A stretch of 64,000 nt of DNA from Cetorhinus maximus (Eukaryota): NCBI RefSeq assembly GCF_964194155.1, contig NC_135887.1, forward strand, positions 18,228,001 to 18,292,000, in the 5' to 3' direction. The number at the start of each line of letters is the position of its first letter. Position 1 is the stretch's first letter. Positions 38,666-52,114 of the stretch are shown in pieces. Position numbers and translations under genes: made by a program. The notes under the pieces were generated by a model. The model was not told the origin of the DNA. It did no database searches and saw only the letters and a list, made by a program, of their open reading frames with translations.

Positions 38666-40097
38666 ATGTTATGAGAACTTTCAGTATTCCCACCATCACC
38701 AAGGCTCCTTATTTCCAACACTGACCACCTCCACATGTATTGAAACCATCTTCCACCAACTACTGAAACTTGTGTTCATAATCTCTGGGCTTCATTCTAA
38801 CATTAATCTGGTTAGCCTTCCTTCATGCTTTAAACCGTGCCTGCTTTTATGTTTATCCTCCAGGACCTTTCATAGGCTCTCTCTTCCTCAAATTTGAAAT
38901 TCTCATCCATGTATTCTTTCACAACCTCACTCTGTCCTAACTTCGTACTAGACTCCACTAGACATACTCCCCTGCACTCTTTGGTCTTCTGGCTCTGTAA
39001 TGATATCAATCTGGTGATCTCTGTCCAGGGAGGAGATCTTAAATTATGGGCAGTCAACCTGCTCCTAAGCTTCTGCTAAAACCCACAAGTCAGCTGCCAG
39101 ATGGACTGTAAATTACAATCTAGGATAATTAATCCACATTTTGCCTTCTTCTCACCTTCTACCACCTCCCCAACAGGTTGACTGAGATATACAGTAAACT
39201 GTGTGTTATCCAGCGCTACTAACTGGAATTCACTACTGACTGGAATTTCAGGTGTTCCCCTAGCACAACTCATCACCTTGCCAACCGGAAGCAATTACAA
39301 AGTTATCTGGAACCCGTACCTTTGTTATTTTATGCTTTCATTTATGTTTTAATGCACTGTTGAAGTTAGAGGTAAAAACGATACTGTTCTTTCTTTACTC
39401 CTGAATACTTGCATATTAGCTCATACTACAAGTATTGTGTTGTATTCCATTGATAAATGGAACCCTCCGTTTACCAGCATTTTTGATTAACTGTCACCAA
39501 CCATTCCCCTTGCACGCCAGATAATGAAGATTTTACTGTATTATGGCCATGAGGATGAGCTTATAGTACCACTATTTGGAACTAAATCAGGCTGAAGAAC
39601 GATACTACTGAATCACCACTGTGTCGTCCACGCAAGGTTTTCATGTGCATCAACTGTATAACATTTAATCAACAGCTCTATGGAAATATTTTCTCAGATT
39701 AATAAACATATTTTCAATGTCACACGACACAAACATTAGAGCAATATCATCCAACTACGCCTGAGTCAACTGGTTTCCTGTTTATCCTTCAATTCTGTTG
39801 GTGGATATTTTTCCTCTCTCTCTGAAAGCACTAACCGCGGATGTACATTTCCAAAGATGCCAGCTCCCTTCTTACCTCTCACAACTAGCCACGCTTATTG
39901 AGAGAGTTTAGAAAGGCTATTGGCAAAATATTCCAACTGGGGCAGAGAATGACAGTGAAAGTCACATTCTCCACATTGAGCACTGACCATAGCTGGCTTC
40001 ACTCCTATATAACACAGGAGTACAGGAATTTATTTTCTTAGCATTCTACTTTCAATGGAGGCTGCTTGATTCTTACACACTGTTTACAAACAAAAGG

Positions 40098-40520
40098 CTT
40101 GCATTTATATATAGCACTTTTCACGATCACTGCCAGGTGTCTCAACGTGCTTTGTAGCCAACCAGGTACTTTTGAAATGTAGACAGTAATGTAATGTAGG
40201 GAACGCAACAGGTAATTTGCACACAGCAGGTTCCCATAAGTAGCAGTGTGAATCACATAATCTGTTTTTTTGTGACATTGATGGAGGGATAAATATTGGC
40301 CAGGGTACCGGGGATAACTCCCTGACTCTTCTTTGAATAGTGCCAAGGGATCTTTTACATCCACCTGGCAGGCCAGATGGGGTCTTTGTTTAATGTGTCA
40401 TCCAACAGTCAGCATTCCTTCAGTACTTCACTGGTGTGCCAGAGCCTTGATTTTTTGTGCTCAGGACCTGGAGTGGGATTTAAACCCGGAGAGTGCTACA
40501 AACTGTGCTATGTCTGATAA
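40098..40520 (-). mobile_element. Deu-domain SINE
   Basis: Reverse complement of 14757-15030 plus the 5' region (gagggataaatattggccagg; gggatcttttacatccacctg). Confidence 0.8.
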
Positions 40521-41689
40521 TTAAATAGTCGAAAACATAAATCGAATCCCATGGGTGGAGGAAATCTCATATTTGCTACTGAAAAAGCTATAATTAACCT
40601 GTAAACTATGTTAGGATCAAGACTTATCGGAAGAAGTGCCCTTAGCACAAAATAATTCATGTGGAATTAGGAACTATGAAATGGAGATGTGGAAATGTGA
40701 ACTATAAAGAGGGCAAGCCAGCACCATTGCTGAATAATATACATAAACAAGGTGGTGCATTAGAACGTTCAGATGTGAATTATTCATCTGGCTTAGCTCT
40801 GGGTTATAAGCAGCTTTTATTCCATATTTAGCCTGTACGGGTGGGCTGTGTAGTGCAGTCCACTTGGTGGCTTTTGTTTTTGTAGCAATGCTTTTATTTC
40901 TGCCAGATGTGCCAGCAGTCTTGCAGTACTTTTCCATTCTATATCACCTAACTGATCATGAACATATCACTCCATTTTACCTTCCATCCTCAGAGTGCAA
41001 ATAGCTCAATTACAAGTGTAACATATCTTGTGAAAACCTCCAGGTTCAGGCTTAATATCATGCAGGTAGTGAGTAGCATCTTTTCTCATTTACTTTTTGA
41101 CAGTCAGAACTTCTGTCTGTGGCAATATGGTGAATTAAATGGAGCAAAAATAACATTTGCAAACTACAGGTTGAAATGTAAATTTTCACAGCATTTGGAA
41201 TCATAAAAAAACAAACGATGTGTTGAAAAAGTGTCCTTGAACACAAAATAGTTCAGAAGCATGTGATTTAAGTTGTTTACATCTGGCAGATTCAAGCCAG
41301 TTGCTTGTTTTAGTTTATATATTGCTCTGCTGTTACATACATCTTCCAAGAAAAACACATTAGTCTCTCCTGTTAAGAAATGTACAGCAAAGCAATGCAG
41401 AAGTAGAGTGATGAAATAGGTCTTCTGGAACACTGCTAGGACTTAGAAAATATATTTACTACCTAAAGATTGACGAGCCTGGGTTTCAGGGATCTTTTAT
41501 AATTACTCAGTGATGAACAGTTTGTATCAAAGCACTTGCCTTTTAGTGAACTTTATACCCATGGTAGGGCGTGACACCATCTACTTCCTCAGCACAGTTA
41601 GCAGTTACAAACTATTTATTTCTTAGGTGTAAAGTGGTCTATAACATGAAGCAAAACTTTAACCATAGCTTCATATGCAGGGAGCTCAC

Positions 41690-42660
41690 AATTTGGCGGT
41701 ATTGTCACTGGACTAGTAATCCAGAGACTGGGGTTCGAATCCCGCCATGGCAGATGGAGAAATTTGAATTCAATAAAAAATCTGAAATTAAAGGTTGATT
41801 GATGACCATCTAACAATGACTGTGAAACCTTTGTCGATTATCGTAAAAACAATCAACAAGATGGCAGATGCAGATTTCCTTCCCTAAAAGACATTAGTCT
41901 TTACCTGCAGCGGTTCAAGAAGGCAGCTCACCACCACCTACTCAAGGGCAACCAGGGATAGGCAATAACTGCTGGCACAGCCAGTGAAGCCCACATCCTG
42001 TCAAAGAATTTTTTAAAAACCTGGTCTGGCCTACATGTGGCTCCAGGCCCACAGCTCTTAAATCACAGAATCACACGGTGCAGAAGAGGCCCTTCGAGTC
42101 TGCACCGACATGTGATAAACACCTGACCTACCTAATCCCATTTACCAGCACTTGGCCTATAGCCTTGAATGTTATGATGTGCCAAGTGCTCATCCAGTTA
42201 TTTTTCAAAGGATGTGAGGCAACCCGCCTCCACCACCCTCCCAGGCAGTGCGTTCCAGGCTGTCACCACCCTCTGGGTAAAAAAGTTTTTCCTCACATCC
42301 CCCTTAAACCTCCTGTCCCTCATCTTGAACTTGTGTCCCCTCGTGGCTGACCCTTAAACTAAGGGGAACAGCTGCTTCCTATCCACCCTGTGCATGCCCC
42401 TCATAATCTTCTACACCTCGATCAGGTCGCCCCTCAGTCTTCTCTGCTCCAACGAAAACAACCCAAGTCTATCCAGCCTCTCTTCATAACTTAAATGTTT
42501 CATCCCAGGCCACATCCTGGTGAATCTCCTCTGCACCCCCTCCAGTACAATGGCCTGTGACATGGCTTAGCAAGCCACCCAGTTCTCAAGGGCAGTTAGG
42601 GATGGGCAATAAATGCTGGCCTAGCCAGCGATGCCCCCATTCCATGAATGAATAAAAATA
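41690..42660 (+). mobile_element. tRNA-derived SINE interrupted by a LINE tail (41905-42020) and a CR1 fragment
   Basis: Head with GGTTCGAATCC at about 41732, middle at 42020-42062, tail at 42551-42660. Confidence 0.75.
42063..42550 (-). mobile_element. CR1 LINE 3' fragment nested in a SINE
   Basis: tcacagaatcac tail; ...ggtgaatctcctctgcaccccctccag is the reverse complement of [10 protein letters not shown]. Confidence 0.85.
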
Positions 42661-42694
42661 CTATACAGAAAAACAAAAGGACTGTATGTAACCA

Positions 42695-43059
42695 GGGGAG
42701 GCAGTGGCGTAGTGGTATTGTTGGACTAGTAATCCAGAGACCCAGGGTAATACTCTCGGGACCTGGGTTTGAATCGCGCCATGGCAGATGATGGAAACTG
42801 AATTCGATAAAAATCTGGAATTAAAAGTATAATGATGACCATGAAACCATTGTTGGTTGTTGTAAAAATCCATCTGGTTCACTGCTGTCCTATAGAGAAG
42901 GAAATCTGTTGTCCTTACCTGGTCTGGCCTACATGTGATTCCAGACCCAAAGCAATGTGGTTGACTCTTAAATGCCCTCTGAACAAAGGCAATTAGGGAT
43001 AGGCAATAAATGCTGGCCTAGCCAGCGACTCCCACATCTCATGAATGAATGAAAAAAAA
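42695..43059 (+). mobile_element. tRNA-derived SINE, full length
   Basis: A box TGGCGTAGTGG, B-box-like GGTTTGAATC; colinear with 17164-17523. Confidence 0.88.
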
Positions 43060-43904
43060 TGTGGTCTGGCCCAAAATTATAACTGCTAATAATAGCTTCA
43101 CAGTTGTATGATTCTCATAAAATGTTCATTTTAAAAAGGACCAAAGAACCACTTTATGAACCATAGAGAAGTGCTAGGTAACAATTTGAAAAAAAAGAGT
43201 TTTTGCAAATGATTGTCAAGCAAACTTAAACATATACAGCGTTGTGTTCAGTTAATTCACTTGCATGTACAACCTAGCCTCAGTTTTCCGAGTTTACCAA
43301 GCAAGACTGTGTTTTGCATCTGATCAAAGTTTTCTTCTATGTCTATTGAATACATCACTCGCGTTTCCTTCTTTGACAAGCTCTCTTTTGTATAATAGCT
43401 GTGGTATGTTGTGTAAAGCTCCCTTCAACTGCCTTAGGCTACACATGGACTAATCTTCTACTGATAATTTGCTGCTATTCCCTATGTTATTTATCTGTTA
43501 ATGTTATAAATGAAAGGCCCAATAATGAGACTTTCCAGTCACATTGTGCCCACTCAGAGGTCAAATGATAAATGCTGGCCAGTGAGACTTCTAGAGTGTG
43601 ACCAACAATTGGAAAATTTACATTATGAATGGCCAGAGAGATTGCTTGAAAAGGACACTCCGTATTTAAAAAAAAATAAAACAGGAAACAATAACCATCT
43701 AACCTGATCAAACACAAGGTCATGACTGCCACTGTATGACGCACGACAACTATAGTATTCCTCTATAATTACGCAAATAACTAAGGTAGGTCAACATTAC
43801 ATATTTTGAATTCATACAATCAATATTAGAACATTAGTCTGTCACTGCATAAAAAGCAAAAGGGCCCATTTGAACTCTGAGTCAACTGGACATGCATGCA
43901 ATGT

Positions 43905-44010
43905 ATTTTGAGTTCTGAAGAAACGTTATTGACCTGAAACATTAACTCTGTTTCTCGCTCCACAGATGCTGCCAGACATGCTGAGTATTTCCAGCATTTT
44001 CTGTTTATAC
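43905..44010 (+). repeat. Short Penelope-type terminal repeat with a hammerhead-like motif
   Basis: gagttCTGAAGA...gacctGAAAcattaactc followed by cagatgctgccagacatgctgagtatttccagc. Confidence 0.65.
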
Positions 44011-45834
44011 TATATTGCAAAGTAGTTGTGGGTATATTTCCATTTGTTCTTGCAATATTACTTGGAATTTGCATGGCATCCAACTTCCTTTGCTGTTTAG
44101 CTACAACCTGACCCTATTCTACTACCATGTTGTTATCTCAAGGGCATAGAGGACTTGTGCCTGGGGTTCATTACTTCTTGTTGGAAGATTGAAAGATCAA
44201 TGAAATGAGGGTTTACTTTTAAAAAATTTTGCTCCATCTGTGACTGTCCAGCTGAAGCTTGGCACCCAAGAGAAACCCAATCTCAGTTTATAATTTGATG
44301 CATCAGGATAAAATGAGTAGATCCTCTTGAAATACTTTTGCAAGCTTTAACTAACCAGACTTTGCAAAGGTAGGGATCAATCTAAGGCAATGTGCATGTG
44401 AAAGAAGAAAACATACAAAACTGCTGCCAGAACATTTTGTTCCTGCCCATTAGTTAAGGTGCAGCTAGAGGTCGAGATGCAACCTTACCATTGCTAGTCT
44501 ATCTGACCACATGACTGATTACTGCACAAAGCTCAAGTTTGTAAACATTAAGTGAACAGCATCACGGTTGGGAACGTTTAGACACAATTAATAGACAGCC
44601 TCATACAGCAACAAGGACCTTCACTGCCACTTTGTCACAGCTTCATGCCAAAGAAAGCACCATAGCTACTGCAGTACAATTATAGCAAGTTTTTCTTAAT
44701 TTTTCTTATTAATGCAAAGACAAAATCAATTCAGTTTAATGATAAGTACTGCAAAGAGTTCATTTTATACTATAACTCAGTCGAAATTTCACCATGGCAA
44801 TTTAAAGAGAAGTAAAACTCATTAAGCAAAAAAAAAAGAAAAAAAAAACTTTTTGGAAGTTTTTCCCTCAATCATTCGCATTTGGAAATCTCTAAGAAAA
44901 GCTGATAGATCTCGATGGATGGTGGCGGGGTGGGCACAAATGCCCTTTTTGGAAATTCCTCAACCTTATGCAACTGTCTCTGAACATCAAAACTCTTTGA
45001 ATTGACTTCAGTGGAGAACAAAAGATTCTGCATACAAATCATAAAGAATTACTTTGAAAGCTACAATCACATTATTAATTTAAACATTAAAAGCAATCTG
45101 CACCATTTCCAATCCCTGCGAATACTCCGAATGCCAGCGAAAATGGGGTTCAGAGAGTCCCACAGAACCAGAGCCGGATGACAACATTACCTTCAATCAG
45201 CAGGCATTTTCACAACACTTCTTTCAGTTATAAACAAGATCCCTTAAGTTGTAACAGTTGGCACATCATTTTCTGCGCCCACTTCAGGTTTACAGTTCAA
45301 ACTCCCTTAAACATTCCTTCTGTTTCAAATTACATCTTGTAATTCAGCAATCCATATAATATCCACATCTTTTTCTATTGCCAAACTGCCACACTGAAAT
45401 AAGCAATAAATGTAGTAAAGCACACAGAAAGGATATTTGCTTGTTTAAACATTATCTTGTTAATATTCCAATCCAGTGCTCTTAAACTATAAATAACATC
45501 AAACCTGCAGTCATCAAGAAAATAGTTCCTTGCTGACACGGAATGTTCTTTTTATTTGATCATTAGCCTTGAAGAAAGCAACTTCAATATCAGAACTTCA
45601 TATCTACAGGGATTAAAGCTGCCAATTTAAAGCCCAAATCCTTTGTTTTACTTTGAAGCACTAAAAACAAAAAAATATTCAGGAAAATACATTCTTTGTG
45701 GAGGGAAAAGAGAATGATTGAAGAATGCCAGAGTAATTTTCTTATTAAAAATTGCATGCTTTATAGCATTGAGAAAAATGGTGAAACATGTACTTTCAGC
45801 ACAACACCCTCAGTGACTGCAACCGTGGTACTTT

Positions 45835-46475
45835 AATCCAACTCATCCACTGTGTCTTCCGCATGCATAATATTGGGAAGACTGAAACCTTTGCTTTTAG
45901 CTCAAACAACAAGCTCCTTAAGATTGCCACCAACTCCATTTCTTTCCCTGGCCACTGTATCAGGCTATATTGGGCTGTTCACAACCTGGGTACCATGTCA
46001 AGTCAGAAACTGAACTTCCAACCCCACATTCTCCCCATCACAAATTCACTTTTGTACCATTGTCCATATCCATCTTTATCTTAGCCCACATTCCAATAAA
46101 ACCCCTCATAAATGATGTTACCAAACTAGGTTAATCCATTGCTCTCTGACTGGTTTTCTTTACTGCACAAACTTCAGCTCTTCCAAAACTCTCCTGCACA
46201 TATTACATCCCATGCCATGTCCTGCTTGTCCATCAGACCTGGCCTCATTGATCTACATTAGCTCCGAGTAAACCCAGCCCCTTGTCCACATGCCTCAAAC
46301 TTCAACATTTTTATCCTTGTGTTTAAATCTCTCCATAGCTTTACCAATCCCCATCTTCAACCTCATCCAGCCCTACACCTCACCCTCTGATCACTGGCTC
46401 AGTGTCCGATTGTTTGTCCCCTCATGCCACTCTGATTGCCTTAGGATGCTTTTATGTTAACAGTGCTATATATAG
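45835..46475 (+). mobile_element. Old L2-like LINE fragment
   Basis: aatattgggaagactgaa ... gttcacaacctgggt ... cttcagctcttccaaaactct ... catt tttatccttgtgtttaaatc. Confidence 0.55.
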
Positions 46476-47224
46476 ATGATGTTTGTGGTGCTGTTCCAAA
46501 ACATAAATAGCCACTAACAAACATGTTTATTCTTTTACAATCCTACCTGCATTATTTTAAACCTATCCTTAAAAATCCTACAGCCACCTACAAGATATGG
46601 CAAAATCCTGGTTAAAATAGAGCTCTGCAACAATTTACCAAATAAAAAAGCCTATAAAAATTTATATAGCTTGTAGAATGAAATTGAGTTACTGCCTACA
46701 GAATTTGGAACTATGATTGGCAAGTGGCTGTTTAAACCAGTAACTGTTGATTCAATTACCTGAATAATTCACTGGAATGATTGCCCAACTATCTGTTGGC
46801 ACTATAGACAGGACGAGAATAATGCACATTCCTGGTCATATCTTGAGAATACAATGTACATGTATAAAATTCTTTTACAGCAGATTTCAACACTGAATGA
46901 AACTGATAAGCAAGTCATCTCTATTGTTTGAATTGTGTACATTCTACTCTGGTAGTATTTAAATCTTAATTTAGAGTTTGAATTTGACTAAAACTTACAA
47001 TGAGGACAGTAATTAAGTTACAGATCTAACAACAAACATGCTTGTAAAGAACACTATGTCCTTTCAGTAATTGTTTCATTATTAAAAATAAAATCCATTC
47101 ACTGATAAAGCAAAGTCTAAGTCCGAGAGCTGTCATTTTTATTCTCCAAGAGGCCATGATGATTGATAAAGGTTACTAATAAACAAACTGTGACAAGACA
47201 AACAACACTGTAAGGTTGCTTAAT

Positions 47225-47630
47225 TTGAGAGATTCCAGAGGACTGGAAAGTGGCCAAGTAACACCACTGTTTAAAAAGAAGTCACTGAAAAAAATAACGA
47301 ACGTTAGTTGCAGAGAAAATTAAGTTTAACAGCTGGTAAGGCAATGACTCACAAAAGGAAGATTTGCTTTTTTTTAACCAGAAGTTTCTGACAAAGTCCT
47401 GCATGCATGATTAATAACAAGGTCAGAAAATAGGGAGAAGATCAGGAGAGTAGAGCTTTGACATAAAACAGTATATGTATCCATAATGGAGGGATTCTGA
47501 AACCTGAAAGAAGTAAAGGCAGGGTTACTCAGGGATTAATTTTGTGACTGGATTTTTCTGATGTGATTGTAAACGTAATTTCCAAGTTTGCAGAGGATAC
47601 TAACATAAAAGCAACTGAAGAGCATAAATA
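47225..47630 (+). mobile_element. Highly degraded CR1 RT fragment
   Basis: ccagaggactggaaagtggcc (PEDWKVA), gacaaagtcctgcat, tccaagtttgcagaggatactaa (SKFAEDT). Confidence 0.6.
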
Positions 47631-47660
47631 TAACTATGCTCAGGGTTCAATCTTTTACGT

Positions 47661-48250
47661 CAGCAGCTCCTAAATTGTGGGTTGCTACCCCAATCGGGGT
47701 CACAGGAACAGAGATTGGAGTTGTGAGCAACCCCTCCTTCAAGACTATGCCCTATACCAGCACCGAGGCCCAGGCAGCAGCCGGCGTTGCCCTTGTCCTG
47801 CTCATCTCTCGGTCTCTCCCTTCAGGCCACGTCAAGTCTCGAAGCTCAACCCTGGCCCTGGGCCCAATGCCGATGCCTCCACGGCTGAGCTGTGGCTTTG
47901 TCTGAGCCCAAGCCTGTCACCCTGGCACCACGGAATGACCTGGGCTCCAGTAAAAGCCACCTCAAGACCTTCAACCTGTGCTCTTCACTGTTTCCTATCC
48001 AAGGTCTATGAGCTGGAGCAGCTCAGATAAGTAATGAACTGACAAGTACATAAAATAATACCAATTTTTAACGTACTTTGAAAACATGGTTTTATTATTT
48101 ATATGATGTGTTGATCTGCAGTATGCAAACTTTAATAATTATATACTGAATGTTACTATGCTGCTTTATTGTTTTTGTTGGCATCTGGGATCACATTAAT
48201 TTTCAAGTGTTAAAATGGAGTCATATTGAAAAATAGTTTGGGAACTATAG
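47661..48250. mobile_element. hAT-like non-autonomous DNA transposon, degraded
   Basis: Ends cagcagctcctaaattgtggg and aaatagtttgggaactatag resemble CAGTGGTTCCCAAACT-type TIRs. Confidence 0.45.
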
Positions 48251-49451
48251 TGCTGCTCTAGGTAATAAACAATAGGTGCAATGTAATTGGATAAATACAA
48301 AATGGTTGGTACCAGAGAAAGGAATCAAAAAGAGACAGTATTATACAAAGGAGAATTTGTACTTTATCAAGTTTATCAGAAGCATCCCAAACAGCTTCAC
48401 ATGGGAGGAATTTTATTGTGCAATTATATTACAGAGGTCAGTACAGCAGTAATTTTGCATACAGCAACATGGCGCTACCGACAGTCGTCAATTAAGCTAA
48501 TTTTTTTAGTGGTGTTAAGGGAGAAATGCCAGATTGGCAAGAAAACCCAAGAGAACTTCCTGCTTTTCTTCAAAGGTACAACTTTAATATCCACCTTGAA
48601 CCACCTGATTAAGCAGATGACTGAGATCAAATGGTCTTTCCTAAAAAAAACTTATACTGCATGTGAAAAGCTAAAAGTACCGTTGGAAAACATTTCAGGC
48701 AAGCTCAATTCTTCAATACTCAGAAGTAAAGCCCCATCACAATGGCTACTGGGACATTAATTTTCATTAAAGTAAATTAAGTAAACTGTGGCAATCAATT
48801 CACAGTCACATAATATAAAGCAGTAATTAGATGGCAGTCACATGTAAATGACTATTACGACTTTTTTTTAATGGGGCCTGAAAATAAATATCCATTTGTG
48901 ATCTACAATCCCACGATGTGACAGCTTTAACAGAAAGCACTAGCTCTCCTGAAAGGGCCATAATTTTTGTGCAAGGCTTGGGCCACATCACCACACCATG
49001 AATACATTCTATTCTATATGCTCACCATTCATCTGGTTTAGCTTTGGCTGACATGCCGTCACCTTAGAAAGCTTACAAGAAATTTACATCCTGCACACCT
49101 ATCTGAACAAAAGTGACACCCAAGATAAGGAGGACTGAAGCGAGGGTCACATCCTGAAATTTAATCAAAACAGGCTCCAACTCACAAATATGCAAATGAT
49201 CCTAAAGTGGGAGAGAGTGCAAACACCATTCTTCATTGTGTTGGAATGATGCTCCTATTTTTGATAACAGGCTGAATGATAGTTAAACCAATGAACACAA
49301 AATCTAATACAGATATGTCCATTTAGGCTTGAACCCTATTTCTGGTAGCAGTTTAGTTTGATAACGACTAGAAACAGGTCAATAAAATTGATAATGATCA
49401 GGATAGTTCGGGGAGCTGGGCTAAAAATGCCATATATTACAATGTAGACAG

Positions 49452-49875
49452 TTTTTTAATATTCATTTATGGGATGTGGGTGTCGCTGGCTAGGCCAGCA
49501 TTTATTGCCCATCCCAAATTGCCCTTGACAAGGTGGTGGTGAGCTGAATTCTTGAACCGCTGCAATCCATGTGGTGTAGGTACACCCACAGTGCTGCTAG
49601 GGAGAGAGTTCCAGGATTTTGACACAGCGACAGTGAAGGAACGGCAATATATTTCCAAGTCAGAATGGTGAGTGGCTTGGAGGTGTGGTGTTCCCATGTG
49701 CCTGCTGCCCTTGGCCTGCTAGATGGTAGTGATCATGGGTTTGGAAGGTGCTGTCTAAGGAGGCTTGGTGAATTTCTGCAGTGCATCTTGTAGATGGCAC
49801 ACACTGCTGCCACTGTGTGTCGATGGTGGAGGGAGTGAATGTTTGTGGATGGGGTTCCAATCAAGCGGGCTGCTT
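49452..49875 (-). mobile_element. 3' fragment of the CR1/L2-group LINE (family of 9385-10490)
   Basis: Colinear with 9395-9825. Confidence 0.88.
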
Positions 49876-49989
49876 GATGCAAAATCAGAAGATGGTTAAA
49901 CAGTAATAACTAGTGACAATATAAGCTAAATGGAATTGTGTTGCAGCCTAAGAAAAAGAGATAGATTCAGACTGCTGATTGATATATCT

Positions 49990-50345
49990 GATGAAGCTTT
50001 GAGCGGTGCATATCAACATTAGAGAACTAATATGAACTTGATAGCCAGATGAATAGAGCACCAATCTCAAGAACTGATTTCAAGTTTATGCAATGGTGTA
50101 CTGGTCTGGTCATACTACAGTGCTGTGTACAATTTGGGTGACTGCATCATGAGAAATTAATCCAGGCAATGGACAGCACACAGCAAAGGACAACTAAATT
50201 GTTAGCAGATATTGGATACCTGAGTTACAAGGAGAGGCTGTTGAAGCTGGGAATTTATTTTTCAACTGAAGAGGAAAAGGCTTATGTCTGTTTCCATTGA
50301 AGTATTCAAGATTCTAAAGGATTTCATATGGCTGAATCCAAGCTG
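49990..50345 (+). mobile_element. Highly degraded CR1 fragment
   Basis: tgctgtgtacaatttggg, ctgagttacaaggagaggctg (LSYKERL), gaagtattcaagattcta. Confidence 0.55.
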
Positions 50346-50407
50346 TATTCTAAAAGTTGTTTTTCAAAAGCAGGTGCTATTTTTGGGTAAAGAGCCCTGT
50401 TGCATAG

Positions 50408-51260
50408 TGTTACGAAAGTATAATAATCTTCATAATGTTTTTGTGATTTATTGCAAAAGTAGGTTAATAGTGGGGTTTGGATAGTTTGTGTGTGTATGTG
50501 GGATTTAACTGAATTTGAGACAGCTGGTTTGCAGGTTTGGAAGTATCAAAAGAAGTTCGGTAGAGATGGGTTTGAAATGCTAAATATGTAAACCATGGCT
50601 GAAGTCTTAGAATGTAAGGTGTGAGGAGAATTTGCATATTTAGATAACTCGGTGCAGTTTGGATTTCAAAGAGATAGTATGATGTTTACGACTAGCCAGA
50701 TAAGCTAGGCCATGCAGTGTTTATTTTTCCCAAAGGTTGCTGACAATATTAGCACCATGAAAAGTTTTATATTATGGGAAAGTACATTTTCAAAGACATA
50801 TGGGACAATGGAATTAACAGATTAAAAGAGAGAAAACATATATAAGGGAGAATGAAAGGCTATGTTGGGAGAGGCCCTGTGACATCTAGCAGAAGCTTGC
50901 GAAACAGCCTCAGAAAAGCCTCCAGCCATGTCTGCATAAGTCTGCTGCATCTAGCCTTAAAGGTGGGAACTGTGCTGGCCTGTCTTTCTAACGCTAAAAT
51001 CTATTTTGGACTGTTGCCTTACAAGGGGGTGTATTTGGGAGTCAGATTAGGTAGGAATTTTAGTATTTACTACAGTATTAAGTAACTGGAATCTTAGGTA
51101 TGTCTTTGGAATCTTTTCTTTTGTTAATAAATATTTTAATTTAAAACTCTAAAGGTCTTAGTGGACTCATTACTTCTGATTTCAGTGCTCAGTCTTCTCG
51201 TAATAAATACAAATTGAAAAACCATTGTGACCCATGGAACCAAGTATCCCTCATGGAAAT
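50408..51260 (+). mobile_element. Possible solo LTR
   Basis: Starts TGTTACG; TATA-like catatataag at about 50840; AATAAA at about 51126 and 51203. The right end and TSD are not resolved. Confidence 0.3.
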
Positions 51261-51379
51261 ATACTGTATATATCAAAAGCGTGTAATGCCCTCTTAGAAT
51301 TAAACTAAACTGATTAGCATTGAAAAGCAAAACTAAAACTGTGACTGGTATCAACTGGAACTCAGACTTCACCAAAGTG

Positions 51380-51725
51380 TAAAATTCTGACTGGGATGGA
51401 CAGACTGGATGCAGGGATGATGCTTCCTCTGGCTGGGGCGTCTAGAACAAGGGATCACAGTCTCAGGGTAGACCATTTAAGACTGAGATGGGGAGAAATG
51501 TCTTCACTCAAAGGGTGGAATTCTCAACCACAGAAGGCTGTGGAGGCCAAGTCACTGAATATATTTAAGGAGGAAATAGATTTCTAGACTCTAAAGGCAT
51601 CAAGGGATATGGGGAGAGAACAGGAGTGTGGCATTGAGATAGAGGATCAGCCATGATCATATTGAATGGGGGAGGAGGGTCGAAGGGTTGAATGACCTAC
51701 TCCTGCTCCTATTATCTATGTTTCT
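51380..51725 (+). mobile_element. CR1 LINE 3' fragment
   Basis: DRLDAGMMLPLAGASRTRDHSL, plus a CR1 3' UTR ending ctcctgctcctattatctatgtttct. Confidence 0.85.
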
Positions 51726-51759
51726 GTGTAACTGGGAAATTACAACAACAACATCAGTC

Positions 51760-51857
51760 TTAGTTCTGATGAAAGATTATCGACCTGAAACCGTGACTAT
51801 TCCTCTCTTCGCAGATGCTGCCTGGTCTACGGTGTTTTCAGCATTTTCGGTTTTTAG
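51760..51857 (+). repeat. Short Penelope-type terminal repeat with a hammerhead-like motif
   Basis: agttCTGATGA...gacctGAAAccgtgact followed by cagatgctgcctgg...cagcatttt. Confidence 0.6.
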
Positions 51858-51881
51858 GTAATTGCTGCTCCTTGCCCAAAA

Positions 51882-52114
51882 CAGTGGTTTTCAAACTTCA
51901 AAGGGTTCCTGAGCATATAGTAATGCACTCCGAGGGACCCCTGAGCTAATTTCCAAAGCCAGTGTCAGAGGAAAACAATCATGGCAAAACTTATTTATAT
52001 ATTTGAATACAAAAGTAACATTCTGGTAACGTAACAAATATAAAGTCTGACAAATTTAGTAACCTCCTGAAACCCCTTCACAGACTTCTCCAGGACCCGG
52101 TTTGAAAAGCTGTG
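51882..52114. mobile_element. hAT-like MITE
   Basis: TIRs CAGTGGTTTTCAAAC and GTTTGAAAAGCTGTG; imperfect 8-bp flanks gcccaaaa / tgccaaaa. Confidence 0.55.

Noticed and set aside
48287-48760. 157-aa ORF
   Set aside because: No recognisable domain; it overlaps degraded repeat-like sequence.
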